Positions 39,887 through 51,237 of a stretch of 64,000 nt of DNA are shown here, in pieces (position 1 is the first letter of the stretch; each line of letters starts with the position of its first letter). The DNA comes from Adineta vaga. Lineage: Eukaryota; Animalia; Rotifera. The position numbers and the translations under genes are program-made. The notes below the pieces were generated by a model. It did no database searches. It had not been told where the DNA came from and saw only the letters and a program-made list of their open reading frames with translations. The DNA lies in assembly GCA_021613535.1 (NCBI GenBank), contig CP075494.1, forward strand, positions 11,966,001 to 12,030,000. Reading direction: 5' to 3'.

Positions 39887-41191
39887 ATGGCAAGCAATAC
39901 TCAAACACCGATTGTTCAACTTCAATGCATACCAGATAATCGATATGCTGTTACTGGCGTTCTGAATACAAAACGAGTACGTTTCGATATCGAAACTAAA
40001 AGCAAAAGTGAAACAGAAAAACGAACACCACTCAATCTTGCACTCATTCTTGATCGAAGTGGTTCGATGGAATCTGATAACAAACTCACATTTGCAAAGA
40101 GAGCTGTTATCTCAGTTCTTAATCTTTTACATGATGATGATATTGTTCATCTCATTGCATATGATTCTGATGTTTCGATTGTTTTCGAAAATGCTCGTGC
40201 ATCTACTCGTCAACATCTCTATGGACTTGTTGATAATATCACAACAGCTGGATCAACAAATATGTCAGGTGGTATTCAAGTCGGAGCCGACCTTCTCGAT
40301 AAATATGTATATGAAGGATTCGCTCGTCGATTGTTTCTCTTTTCCGATGGTCAAGCTAATGTTGGCATGAAAACACGAGCAGAACTTACAAATCTCGTTG
40401 CAAATTACAATAATAAAGGTATAATTACAGATTCATTTGGTATTGGTGCTGATTTCGATGCTGAAATCATGAAAGGTATTGCTGATGCTGGTGGATCACG
40501 ATTTTTCTTTCTCGAAACAGCTCAAGTCATTGAACCACTCGTAACGAAAGCTCTGGTCAGCGTGTTTGGTGTTTGTGGTTCACAAACTCGTCTTATTGTT
40601 CGTGGAAAGAATGGTTCAGTAGTAACCAAGATCTGGGGCCATGACGATATTGTTGCTGGTGCAAATCTTGGTGATTTACATTCAAATAATTTGCGATCAG
40701 TTCTTTGTGAATTCACTATTGCTGCTTCTGGTCCAGCGAGTGCTGATGGACAAGAAGTTGAATCCCTTGCATATGAACTTCGATATCTTCGACCAGATGA
40801 TACAAATGGTGAACCTGTGAGTATCAAGAATAGTTTGTCATTGAAATTTGTCGAAGATGCATCGCTTGTTGCAAATATTGATCCACATGTTCAAACGATG
40901 TACGCAACTCAAACAGCTGCTGATATGGATATACAAGTAGCTGAGTTAGTAAAGAATGGAAAACGAAAAGAAGCAATTGAAGTAGTCAATGCTCAATTAG
41001 CAATACTTCGTGATGTAGAAAAATATGATAATGAACGAGGTATGATCGCATTACAAATTCGTTTAGCTGAAAATATGCAAAACAAACTCAAAGACGAAAA
41101 TGTCCATGATCATATTGTTTATCAAGGATATGCACATCAAGGCTACTTGAAACGACAATGTTCAGAAGAATGTATGGCTTTTTATGATTAA
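39887..41191 (+). CDS. Intronless stand-alone von Willebrand factor A domain protein (YfbK-like/microbial type)
   Basis: 'RTPLNLALILDRSGSM' (MIDAS DxSxS), 'GSTNMSGGI', 'LFLFSDGQANVG', 'FGIGADFD...IADAGG'. TATAAA near 39756. Confidence 0.85.
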   Translation: MASNTQTPIVQLQCIPDNRYAVTGVLNTKRVRFDIETKSKSETEKRTPLNLALILDRSGSMESDNKLTFAKRAVISVLNLLHDDDIVHLIAYDSDVSIVFENARASTRQHLYGLVDNITTAGSTNMSGGIQVGADLLDKYVYEGFARRLFLFSDGQANVGMKTRAELTNLVANYNNKGIITDSFGIGADFDAEIMKGIADAGGSRFFFLETAQVIEPLVTKALVSVFGVCGSQTRLIVRGKNGSVVTKIWGHDDIVAGANLGDLHSNNLRSVLCEFTIAASGPASADGQEVESLAYELRYLRPDDTNGEPVSIKNSLSLKFVEDASLVANIDPHVQTMYATQTAADMDIQVAELVKNGKRKEAIEVVNAQLAILRDVEKYDNERGMIALQIRLAENMQNKLKDENVHDHIVYQGYAHQGYLKRQCSEECMAFYD

Positions 41192-41335
41192 TTGTATTTA
41201 TTTTTTTTGGCAGTTATTATTTTTTTCAAATAAATAAGAAAATATGTAGTTTATTATATCTCAATTTGAAGAATTATCAAAAACTTGAATAAAATTTTCT
41301 ACATCCGTCTCTATTTTATTCGTAACTGTTTCGGA

Positions 41336-42559
41336 TCAGCCGACATCAAAACGAGCAAATTTTGTATTTCCCTTTCCGGAAATAATCTCTTTCTTTTCTG
41401 TTTCTGGATATTCAGACATTTGATTATTTGCTGATGGTCCAGGTCGATTATTATTCACTGGTTGTTGATCACCATAACGATTCATACGATCATTTGCTTT
41501 TTTTTGAGATTTGATTTCGTCTGCTGATGGATAATGATATTGACCATAAGTCGCTGCGAACGGATTATCAGCACTCATATTCATAGATGTTTTGTCTTGT
41601 GGAGCAGAAGGATTTACTTTTGGAAGTTGAGGACGTGCTGAAGATTGTTGCACTGGAGGACTTGGTGGACGCATGGACGATGGTTGTGGTTGATTGTAAT
41701 AGTTTGGTGGTGGATTTTGTCCTTGATTATATCGATTTGGATGTGGTGGTGGTGGTGGTGGTCCCGAATAATTATTTCCTGATGAATATGGATCTGGTCC
41801 GGGACCGGCTGAATAATTACTAAATGGATTTTCATTCGACATTGCATTGGTTGATGATAATGGTGCAGCAGCTTTTGGCATTTCAGTAATACGTTTTTGA
41901 GGATCAATTTGTGATGGATAATGATAACGTCCATATGTTGAAAAGAATGGACTTTCATCAGATAAATTAAGAGATTTATTATCTGTTGAACGTGCAGCTG
42001 AACTTTGTTGTGTAATTCGTTTCGTTGGATCGACTTGTGTTGGATAATGATAACCACCATAAACATCATGAAAAGGACTTTCTTCTGATAGATTCAATGT
42101 ATTATTCGTTCCACCATCACCTTTCGGTGGCGACGTTATTGATGTTACTGTACGTGGTGCATTAGATTGTTCATATCGGCGAGCTGGATCATGAAATGGG
42201 CTTTCATTTGACATTGTATTCGTTTTCTCTATACCACCGCCACCACCGCCGCCTCCGCCGGCTGGACCAGCATAATTATTTCGGTTAAAATTATTTTGTG
42301 ATGGTGGTGATGGTTGTGGTGGAGGCTGTGCTCGTGGATAATAGTTCGTATTCTGTGGAGCGTAAGATTGCGGCGGTTGTTGTCCATAATTTGGTCTATC
42401 ATTTATATATGTAACTGAAGTTGGAGGTTGATTATTTGTATAATATGGATAAGGTGGAGCAAGCGCACGTGATGGTTCATTTATATTTCTTGAATTTGAT
42501 TGAGGATCATGAATATAATGACGCGTTGTATATATCGGTGGTTGTTGATTAGGATGCAT
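41336..42559 (-). CDS. Intronless Pro/Gln/Asn-rich protein with repeated [ML]SxE[SN]PF and YGxYHYP motifs; function unknown
   Basis: 407-codon open frame in AT-rich DNA with clear internal peptide repeats. Confidence 0.75.
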   Translation of the reverse strand: MHPNQQPPIYTTRHYIHDPQSNSRNINEPSRALAPPYPYYTNNQPPTSVTYINDRPNYGQQPPQSYAPQNTNYYPRAQPPPQPSPPSQNNFNRNNYAGPAGGGGGGGGGIEKTNTMSNESPFHDPARRYEQSNAPRTVTSITSPPKGDGGTNNTLNLSEESPFHDVYGGYHYPTQVDPTKRITQQSSAARSTDNKSLNLSDESPFFSTYGRYHYPSQIDPQKRITEMPKAAAPLSSTNAMSNENPFSNYSAGPGPDPYSSGNNYSGPPPPPPHPNRYNQGQNPPPNYYNQPQPSSMRPPSPPVQQSSARPQLPKVNPSAPQDKTSMNMSADNPFAATYGQYHYPSADEIKSQKKANDRMNRYGDQQPVNNNRPGPSANNQMSEYPETEKKEIISGKGNTKFARFDVG

Positions 42560-42997
42560 AATTTTAAATATTGGTAGTTTTTACTTTCACTTGTGCAACT
42601 ATTTTAATCAGTCAAACTTTTTACTAGAATGAAGAACGAAAGAAAAATTTATCTACGTGCTCACCTACTCTTTTTTACTTTATAGTTGCTATGACTTTCC
42701 TCCGATTTAAACGTAACTAACAACATTTTTTCTCTTTTTCTTCTTCGTCTGTCAATCAAATTTGTTTGACAAACTTCTGTTCTTTTCTTTTTCTTTTGGT
42801 TCTCTCACTAATAACATCAAAACAAATTGACGCATACGTTAAAAGCTAATTCATTAGCCTGTAACATCTGATATATACTTAAAAAGAAAGCATCCAATTT
42901 CATTCCATTTATTGTTATTTTAATTGAATAAATAGACTACAAGATCTTTGTACATATCTTCGATTAGGTTTTTATGTACAGAGAAAATGATCACAAA

Positions 42998-44350
42998 CTA
43001 AAGATTAGTTTTATTGTCATCTAATATTTTCAACTCGAGTCTTTCAGGTTGTTGTTGTTTTATACGTTGCGATTCTTGATCAAGATTTGGAAATTGTTTC
43101 GTTGATTGATGATGAATCTTCGATTGAGCGTAATAGGATGAAGCTACTGATGATGACGTTGTACTACTGAATAAAGCTCGTCGAGCAAGAATACTATCAT
43201 TTGATGCATCGAGATTTTTCTGAAAATATAAACATAATCGATGACGAAATGTTAGTTTTAATGTATCGAGAAATTTTTGATTGAATGCACAATAGAAAAA
43301 GAAATTAATCGAGTAATTTAATAATAACATAATATTTGTTATTAATTTTTGAATACGGAAACCAACATAGAGATATTTTGGATAACGTTTTTCGGTTAGC
43401 GCTCGAACGAAATTTGGATATGAAACAATTGTAAATGTATTACAAATAAGAAAAACGACGACAACAGCAACAAGTGTTTTAGTTAGACGATGTTCGTCAC
43501 GTAAACGTTTTTGCTTATTTGGATGCATTGAAGGCGTTGATGATGTTATTAAACTATGTTGTCGAGCAACAAGTTCATTTAAAGTATAACGATTTGAATT
43601 TTGAACACGTTGAATTAATTTAATATTGAGCAAAACTAGAATCAATGCTGGGAGAATTTGATTAAGTATAAACATACTTATATAATATGCATTTCGATAG
43701 GGTAAAAATGTTTTCCGAGGATATCCAATAACACAAAAACATTGTCCAATATGACTTAGATTATTTGATGTATACTTAATTATAAATGGATGTGTTGTAC
43801 ATGTCAAAGAATCCAAGGAACCAATTGGACCAATAACATATTTAACTGTTTCAAATAAAAATCGAGGAAAACTAAGAAAAGCACAGAGAAATAAGATAAT
43901 TGCTATTGTTATACGTGCATAACGTGGTTTACAAAACATTCGTGTACGTAATGGATATGTTGTGAATAAATAACGTTCAATCGTCAATGCTAATGTTATC
44001 ATAATACTTACTTGACCAAAATAATTTGCTAATGGCATATAGATTTGAGATTCAAAACGTGTTAAAGCAAAGAAAATTGTTTCATGACGAATATAATCAC
44101 CTCGAACGACAGAAAATGGAGAAATTGATATAAGTGTAAGTACATCAGCAATAGCTAAACCAGTCAAATAAGTATAAGGAGATTCTTTAAGACGACGTTG
44201 AAGTAGAACACATAAATTCAGGATATTACAGACAATACCAAATATACATATGGTTAAAATAACATAACGATAACCATATACTTCAATATCATGTAATATA
44301 TCAGAATGAAGGGTTTCATTGTGATCTGATACACATGGATTTCTACTCAT
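42998..44350 (-). CDS. Class A GPCR, FMRFamide/sex-peptide/myosuppressin receptor-like, intronless CDS
   Basis: Seven TM segments; 'GIVCNILNLCVL', 'YTYLTGLAIAD', 'LTIERY', 'LVLLNIKL', 'LVAVVVVFLIC', 'LNYSINFFFY'. Confidence 0.9.
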   Translation of the reverse strand: MSRNPCVSDHNETLHSDILHDIEVYGYRYVILTICIFGIVCNILNLCVLLQRRLKESPYTYLTGLAIADVLTLISISPFSVVRGDYIRHETIFFALTRFESQIYMPLANYFGQVSIMITLALTIERYLFTTYPLRTRMFCKPRYARITIAIILFLCAFLSFPRFLFETVKYVIGPIGSLDSLTCTTHPFIIKYTSNNLSHIGQCFCVIGYPRKTFLPYRNAYYISMFILNQILPALILVLLNIKLIQRVQNSNRYTLNELVARQHSLITSSTPSMHPNKQKRLRDEHRLTKTLVAVVVVFLICNTFTIVSYPNFVRALTEKRYPKYLYVGFRIQKLITNIMLLLNYSINFFFYCAFNQKFLDTLKLTFRHRLCLYFQKNLDASNDSILARRALFSSTTSSSVASSYYAQSKIHHQSTKQFPNLDQESQRIKQQQPERLELKILDDNKTNL

Positions 44351-45757
44351 GATGAGAAGAGATTTTCTAGAACATACCTAAAGAATAGGACGCAATGTTC
44401 TTTTTTTTGTACATTCAATGAAATTTATTTATTGACAATTATTTTCGTTTATGATCTGAGTTCTTTTGAGATTTAAAAGAAAAGTTAAGTTTACAAATGG
44501 TAATTACACATCTATCGATAAAAAAAAACAGATAATTTTCTTTACATTTGAGGTACAAAAGATCTACATAGGACAAAACAGAGCTAGCCAGTTTCATAGT
44601 AATTGAAGTCATTTATTCTCATCATTATGTGTGGACATATCTTTAATGATGATAGACTATGATTATGTTAGAATAAATAGAAAAAAACCCACAACTGATG
44701 CCAATGAAATACATCCTAATTACGAAGTTTCCTGTTTTGATCTCAATATTTATTAAAATTTCAATCGATGAATTACCTTTAAAACTCAAAGTTTGAATCG
44801 AAAGCCAATTCTTCTTTATAATAATCTATCATCAAATATAAGTTCTTCTGTTATCTGTTTCATTGCATATATATGTGTGTGTATGAGAACGAAGGAGAGA
44901 GAGAGAGAAAAGAAGAAGAAGGATAGATAATGTCTAGTGCCTATACATGTCTTCTGAATAGATAGAAAGAGACGATTTATTTCCTATTCCCAGAAATACA
45001 TCATGTGCTCGATATTCTCGGTTGATGATGATGATGACTGTGTGTGTTTTTTTTTCTATATAAATAAAAACTAATGTTATATAAAAGCAAATAGAGGAGT
45101 GAATATTCTTCCGTTGAGACGAGAAATCATCGTCTCGAAAAAGCTATTTATTTTTCATTCCCAAATGATCGATAATTTCATTTCGATTCATTTCTTATTT
45201 TTCCTATGTCTGTTTTTTTTGCTTAATTATTTTAATAATCCAATAAAGAAATCAAATTTATATTTGATGAAAAAAAAACAGCAACTAAAATTAAACCTTC
45301 CGACATGAATATATGATAGACGTATGTCAATATTAGATAACTAAAATCGACATATCAGTTGATTTATCATTGTTCGGAATTGGACATGACGAAGAAATGA
45401 AAATATTTCTACACAGTTAGATACTGTCAATCGTACCCAAATGAGATCTATTAATAATTTTTGTGTATACCATCAATTCCAATGATCTACACTTTCACAT
45501 TTGTGATTCATTGACTTCCTTATCATTAATATCCGTCATATTACTCTACCTTGTTTATACATTGGTTTTCAATTGATACAAGAAAGGAACAGACTTGATT
45601 AAGATAAAATTTTACTATTATTTCCTTTTTCGTAAAATATTTAGTCTGGTCAATGACTAATTATAAGTCTTTTTTTCTTTATGTATTTATTTCGTAAATG
45701 AATGAATCAAAACAGAAAAAGAACATCATATTTTAGAATTCTTTTCTATTGTGAATG

Positions 45758-46057
45758 TTATTTTTTTGCCTTTTTTTTGGACTCCGGTGCTGGAATGAAT
45801 GGTTGTCCAGTATAAATATGTGCCATGTAATTCAAATATTCATCATAAGAAACGTTTCCATCACGATTAATGTCCATATGTTTTATAACCTGACTAACCT
45901 CTGAATTGTCATGTGAAACATGTGATCGACGAAGGCATTCGTGCATTTCTTCAGCAGTAATAGATCCGTTATCATCTTTATCAAATTCTTTGAATGCTGT
46001 TTCAATTTCCGCAATTTCTTCAGGTTTCAATTTCTTAAGGAGAGCTTGTGTCGTCAT
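45758..46057 (-). CDS. Small two-EF-hand calmodulin-like protein with a basic C-terminus
   Basis: Canonical loops DKDDNGSITAEE and DINRDGNVSYDE; ends KKKAKK. Confidence 0.85.
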   Translation of the reverse strand: MTTQALLKKLKPEEIAEIETAFKEFDKDDNGSITAEEMHECLRRSHVSHDNSEVSQVIKHMDINRDGNVSYDEYLNYMAHIYTGQPFIPAPESKKKAKK

Positions 46058-46723
46058 TTGTTTTGAGTAATATATCCAAATGATAATCGTTTAGAATCAT
46101 CGTGCTCTTTATTTTGCTTAATAGATCAAGCGTGAAGACGCGTGTGGGATCAAATCCTATTTTCACGAAAATAATCAAAACATGACGTACATAAGAACAC
46201 AGAAAAACATTTTCTATCGTCTATAATTTATTTTACACCTATGTATACGAGTAATAATTGTGAAGAAAAAAGCATAGAAAAATAAATGCGACTGAATTAA
46301 CAAAATCTAATCATGATTATTCATTGATAAATACATTTTTTTAGATTTGTTGATTATCATTTCAAACTCAAATAACATAAGATTAACAAATGTAAATCAA
46401 CCAATGACCTTCATGTGTATTTTCTGCCGCGTAAAAATCTATACAAATATTCAAAACAAAATTTTTTTTCTCCCTTAATGATTATTCAGTGCAGGATAAA
46501 AACAAAGACATGTGATTTGATTTTCATTTTCTGATTGTTCGTCTCTCAAAATATAAATCCTACAAATATTTATTTCGTATTTATTCAATGATGAACTGAA
46601 TCAATATAGAATGGTTAATTCGATCAGTAATACAAGTGTACATTATTGTTTCGTCGAAATTCTTTAGGAGTTTATGAAATGAGTTGTTCGTTTTGTATGC
46701 AGAAGATTGTCGTGAGGATCATT

Positions 46724-47055
46724 TTATTCATCAGATCGTTTCTTGGAACCAAAATCATAGAAACGTTTTCGTGTACCAAAATCGTAGAATCGTCGAGAAC
46801 GATCGAATTCATCATTGACATTTTGTAAATCTTCTTCATTTGCATGAACTGATCGAGAACCAAAATCATAGAAGCGTTTGTTTCTTAATGCTTGTTTAGC
46901 ATGCATTTCATCCATTTGATGTTTTTGTTCCTAATAGAAGAAAATAATTTTCTTTATTTAGTTTAATTTCTTTATCTTACCGAAAGTGCACATGTCATTG
47001 TTATTAAAGTAATATAACCAACAATCAACATCAGAATTAAACTGATTGGTTGCAT
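46724..47055 (-). CDS. Neuropeptide precursor (93 aa) with three FYDFG[S/T] peptides; exons 47055-46981 and 46930-46724
   Basis: Exon 1 encodes a signal peptide, MQPISLILMLIVGYITLITMTCALS. A GTAAG...TTAG intron follows, then KR-FYDFGSR, an acidic spacer and RR-FYDFGTR-KR-FYDFGSK-KR. Confidence 0.85.
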
Positions 47056-49798
47056 CGCGTTTTGTATAATTTATAGATAGAATAGGAAATATGAATCTAG
47101 AAATATAAAAATATTTTGGTAACTTCAATGAGAATTGTTTGTTACCAAATGAATGCATTCGATCGAATAAGAAATGATTTTTCTAGTCGGAATCAGAATC
47201 CAATCTTCTATCTCTATTCTATTTCTCGAAAAATAGAAGAGAGAAAAAGTCTTATTTTTGTATAAACTTAAAGATATTTTTCTGGCAATCACAAAAGCAA
47301 AAACATGTTCGACACGAAAAAGCAATACAATTTCTTGCAATTAATAAATCGATCGTTAGACAGAGGAAGAAGAAAAAGGTTGTGGAGGCGGAAAATCTTC
47401 GATTCTTGTATTTTGTTTTTTCTTCTTCAGATCGTACTTGTCTAGAAGATGTTGTCGATACTCAAATGCATTTACTCTAATTGGCTTTACTAGTTTATCC
47501 GAGAGTGCCATCGTTCAATTTGGATTATTCAATTCATTGGCATTCATTCTAATAATTTCTAAACATGTTAATATAGAAACATACGTTTCCATATTGCTTG
47601 AGTTTATTAGAAAAAATATCTTTCTGTACTTTGTCTGACATGTGCCGTCAACATTCATCGATTGATATTTTGAGATAGATTTTCTTATGAGTAAATAGAC
47701 GTGTCAAATTTTAGTAAACTAAAACTTAGTTTTTCTTTTCAAATATGAGAAAATTCTAATGTACGAAGCATGTATGTTTTTTTAACATGAAACAAACGAG
47801 AAATTATAAATGACAAGAGTGAAAGAGTTCGAAATAATAATTAAGAACAGATTCGGTTTGATTTCTCATTGAATTAATTACAATAAATTCATTGTTTTCG
47901 TCATTGTACTACCAACAATTGGCCAACGAACTACATAAGGATTTGTTAAATGAGTTGATGATTATATCCATACCCTTCTATGTATTGTTATGTTGCGACA
48001 AGTAAATTGCTTTCATAAAGTATTTTATAAAAGAATTCGTCTTTTCTCATAGGAGTATGTGTGATGAACAGATTTGCATTGTTGTGGTCCTATTTGATTA
48101 GTGTTTCGAATTCGAAGACAAAATCGTTCAAAAGTAATTGTAAATAAAACATAAATCAATTGTTGACGAAATCGTTTTGATACAAATGTATTCATGTAAA
48201 ATGGATCCTAAAAAATATTGAATAAATAATTCATTTTTGTTAAATAAATTGATATTTACTGAAAAATGAAAATGATTAATAACAATTATTATATTTGTGA
48301 TTAAATTTAATTTTGTCAAGATTATCGAACCACCTTTAATATTATGATAACTTTAAATATACTAAGAATCACTGACGGAAAACCAGTTATGATATCAAAA
48401 AGACCTCTACAGGAACTATTGTTGTTAATCGTTTATCTAATTCACGTCGAACTAATGGAATTGTTCTAAATGCAATCTGTTGAACATTTCAATATGCTCA
48501 AATTGAAAATAAAATCATAATTATTAATGGAATAATATTGATAATAATTCGTGAATAAAAAAATAATGACCATTTCTTTGACTTGTAATAGATATTCAAA
48601 AGAAAATAATTCCGTAGGATATAAATCGAGCTAATTTATTATATATCGATCGTCAAGACTAACTTCGTTGACCCTCGACGGAATTCTCCGAGTTGAGTGC
48701 GTATGGGACGGAACCAGAGGTATTTCTGTCAAAACATGATTTTTCATTTGATGAAAAATCTCGGTTTCGGAGACCGGAACGACCAACCTGGGATTCTTTA
48801 AAAACATTTTGTCAATTACTTTGAAAAATCTTTCCAACTTTTTATTTTCATTACCAGACAATTAAAATCTTTTGTACTATAGCCAAGCATGACGCGTGAT
48901 TATTTTATGCATTAAAAATCATGCACAATCGATTAATATCACACAACTATGATTCTTAGAGAAAGAATCTCTGAAAATCTTCCAAAGATCTTATGACTAT
49001 TTCAAAACTATCTCTATCCGATTTTCCATAGGTTTTTACCCATACAAACAAGTTTTCACTATATTTGAAGAATTAGACATTTAGTTAACACATCACCAAA
49101 ACTGTAAATTTTGCATATTTCGATGAAATATGGAAATTTAATAAAAAACAGCAAATTTTAGTATTTCGCTGAAGTTAAAAAGTAGATATTCGTGATGAAT
49201 GATGTGAAAAAATGACAAAAAAAAATTTTACTCGACGTTTGAATTGCCTGCACCTTATCTTTGGCCATTTGGAAACAGACTGCTATGGCACTATTCGAAT
49301 AAGTTTTGAAGAGAATGAGCTGAGGGAGAAATCTCGTAAGACTGAAGTGTTTTATTCATACTTAGGGTGTACTAAAAGTTCGTGACCGGAAGTTTAAAAT
49401 TTTAGAAAACAGTAAGTATTGAATATTTTATGATGAGAATATATAGTATTACGTCTTATTTTTAATAATCTATAGAACTGCTATATCTTGGATTTAGTAC
49501 TAACATTCTGCTAGATAAAAGATCCTGACAATATTAAAGCGGCACAGGAAGAGAAAGAAATATTCGTAGTTTTATATTTTTTTAATGCTCAAAATAATCA
49601 CCCTTATTTTCGATACAAAGTTCCATCCTTTGCAACAACAAGGTTTATAATAATTACTGATATAATATTAATTATAAATCAATTTCATGTTATTAAGCTT
49701 AAGACAATCTATATATATATATTTGTTTGCGTCTGTCAATAGATGCCACAAGTAGAAAACGTCAATACAAAACATTTTATTGTACTTGACAACATAAT

Positions 49799-49812
49799 GG
49801 AGACATAGCAAC
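49799..49812. promoter_or_regulatory. RFX X-box-like motif upstream of CFAP161
   Basis: GGAGACATAGCAAC ~115 nt before the ATG of a ciliary gene; strong 3' half-site only. Confidence 0.3.
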
Positions 49813-49926
49813 GTTAGATGTGAAAGTAAAAGAAAAAAACGTTAACAGAACTGGTAAAAAGAAAATTTGTGTTGTAGTTACATTGGTGTATTATTTTTCG
49901 AAAAAGTTAAAATATAATTTGCAAAG

Positions 49927-51061
49927 ATGATGAACAGTCGAGCGAATGTCCGACCTTTTAATCCTCATTGTCTGATTGGAAATTGGTATGAAGATCGAGT
50001 GATGGAAGAAGTATAGAGAAAAATGATTAAATTTGCTTTGATTTGATTTAATTTGAATATTTTATAGGAAGTTCTAAATGATTTTCTCGATAAACGATAT
50101 ACAGGTCAATTAGCATCACAAAAGATGACAGAAGTTGAACGTATGTCACAATCGGTAAAATGATCTTTATAGAAAGATTTTCGATACTATCGTTAAATGT
50201 TTATTCTAGTTACCATTGAGTGTGTCTGGAGGTGATGGTTTACTTCGTTTTGGTCATCAAATCGTTCTTGCTAATACATGGACAGATTCAGCTCCATTCA
50301 CAGGCGAGAAATCCCAAATGAACTGTTGTTTAGCTCTTGGTATTCCACATTCATCAGGTGGAGATAGTGGAGCAATAGAATTAACAGCAACAGGAACGAC
50401 ATTGATGCGTCCAACACTTCGTTCAGGTTTTATTATTCAACGGTAAAAGAAATGTCATTCAAAAGACGTTGAAATAATTCATGTACATTTTTTAGACCAA
50501 ATCTTGCTGTTGACTCTCAATCGGTTAAATATGGTGATGAAATTATGATATCGGATACAAATGGACAAGTAGATTATTACTTTTGTTCTTTTTCATTTGA
50601 TGTTTTAATCAATTGATTTTAGTTATTTTTATCGTGTGTTAAAAGTGGAACACGATCTGCTCGAACATGTGATGTTATATTTACGAACCAACGAAATCGA
50701 AGTAGTGTTTGGATTGTTCTGCATCCAAGTTCACATTTAAGATTAGAATTTGAAGGATCCGAAGTGAAGGTATTTCATTGATTTTGTTTATCTCGACTTT
50801 TCTTCTAAACTCTCTCGTTCTCAAGATTGATGATAAGGTTGTACTTGCTCATGCATCAACGAATAAATGTTTATCTGTCAATGGAGGACATTCCAATCGG
50901 TAGGAAAACTAGTTTTCTAACAGAATTTCTTCATTGTCTTTCAATCGTTTAGATCGCCCTATGGACGTGAATTTGAACTTTTATGCGAATTATCCACGGG
51001 TAGTCATACATCGTATCAATCTCCAATTCTGTGGAAATTTCAAACACAACCAGCATATTAA
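49927..51061 (+). CDS. CFAP161: Cilia- and flagella-associated protein 161, multi-exon
   Basis: 'NPHCLIGNWYEDRVMEE|EVLNDFLDKRYTGQL', 'LSVSGGDGLLRFGHQIVL', 'SPYGREFEL'; stop at 51059-51061. Confidence 0.8.
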
Positions 51062-51237
51062 TATATATTTAATTTCTTTTCTTTTATTAGAAAAAACAAA
51101 AAACTTTCGTCTGCGCGCGCGTGTGTGTGTGTGTCATCTTCTTCTGCAAAAAACAAAAATAGACGCACTCTTTTTTTTGTCACATTTAATCGATCCAGAA
51201 AAGAAAGAAAAACAGGTTATAAAAAGGTTAATTAGTT

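Noticed and set aside
40008-42069. ORFs 40008-40370, 40522-40827, 41587-41823 and 41614-42069
   Set aside because: Alternative-frame or antisense shadows of the vWA and Pro-rich genes, with no domain signal.
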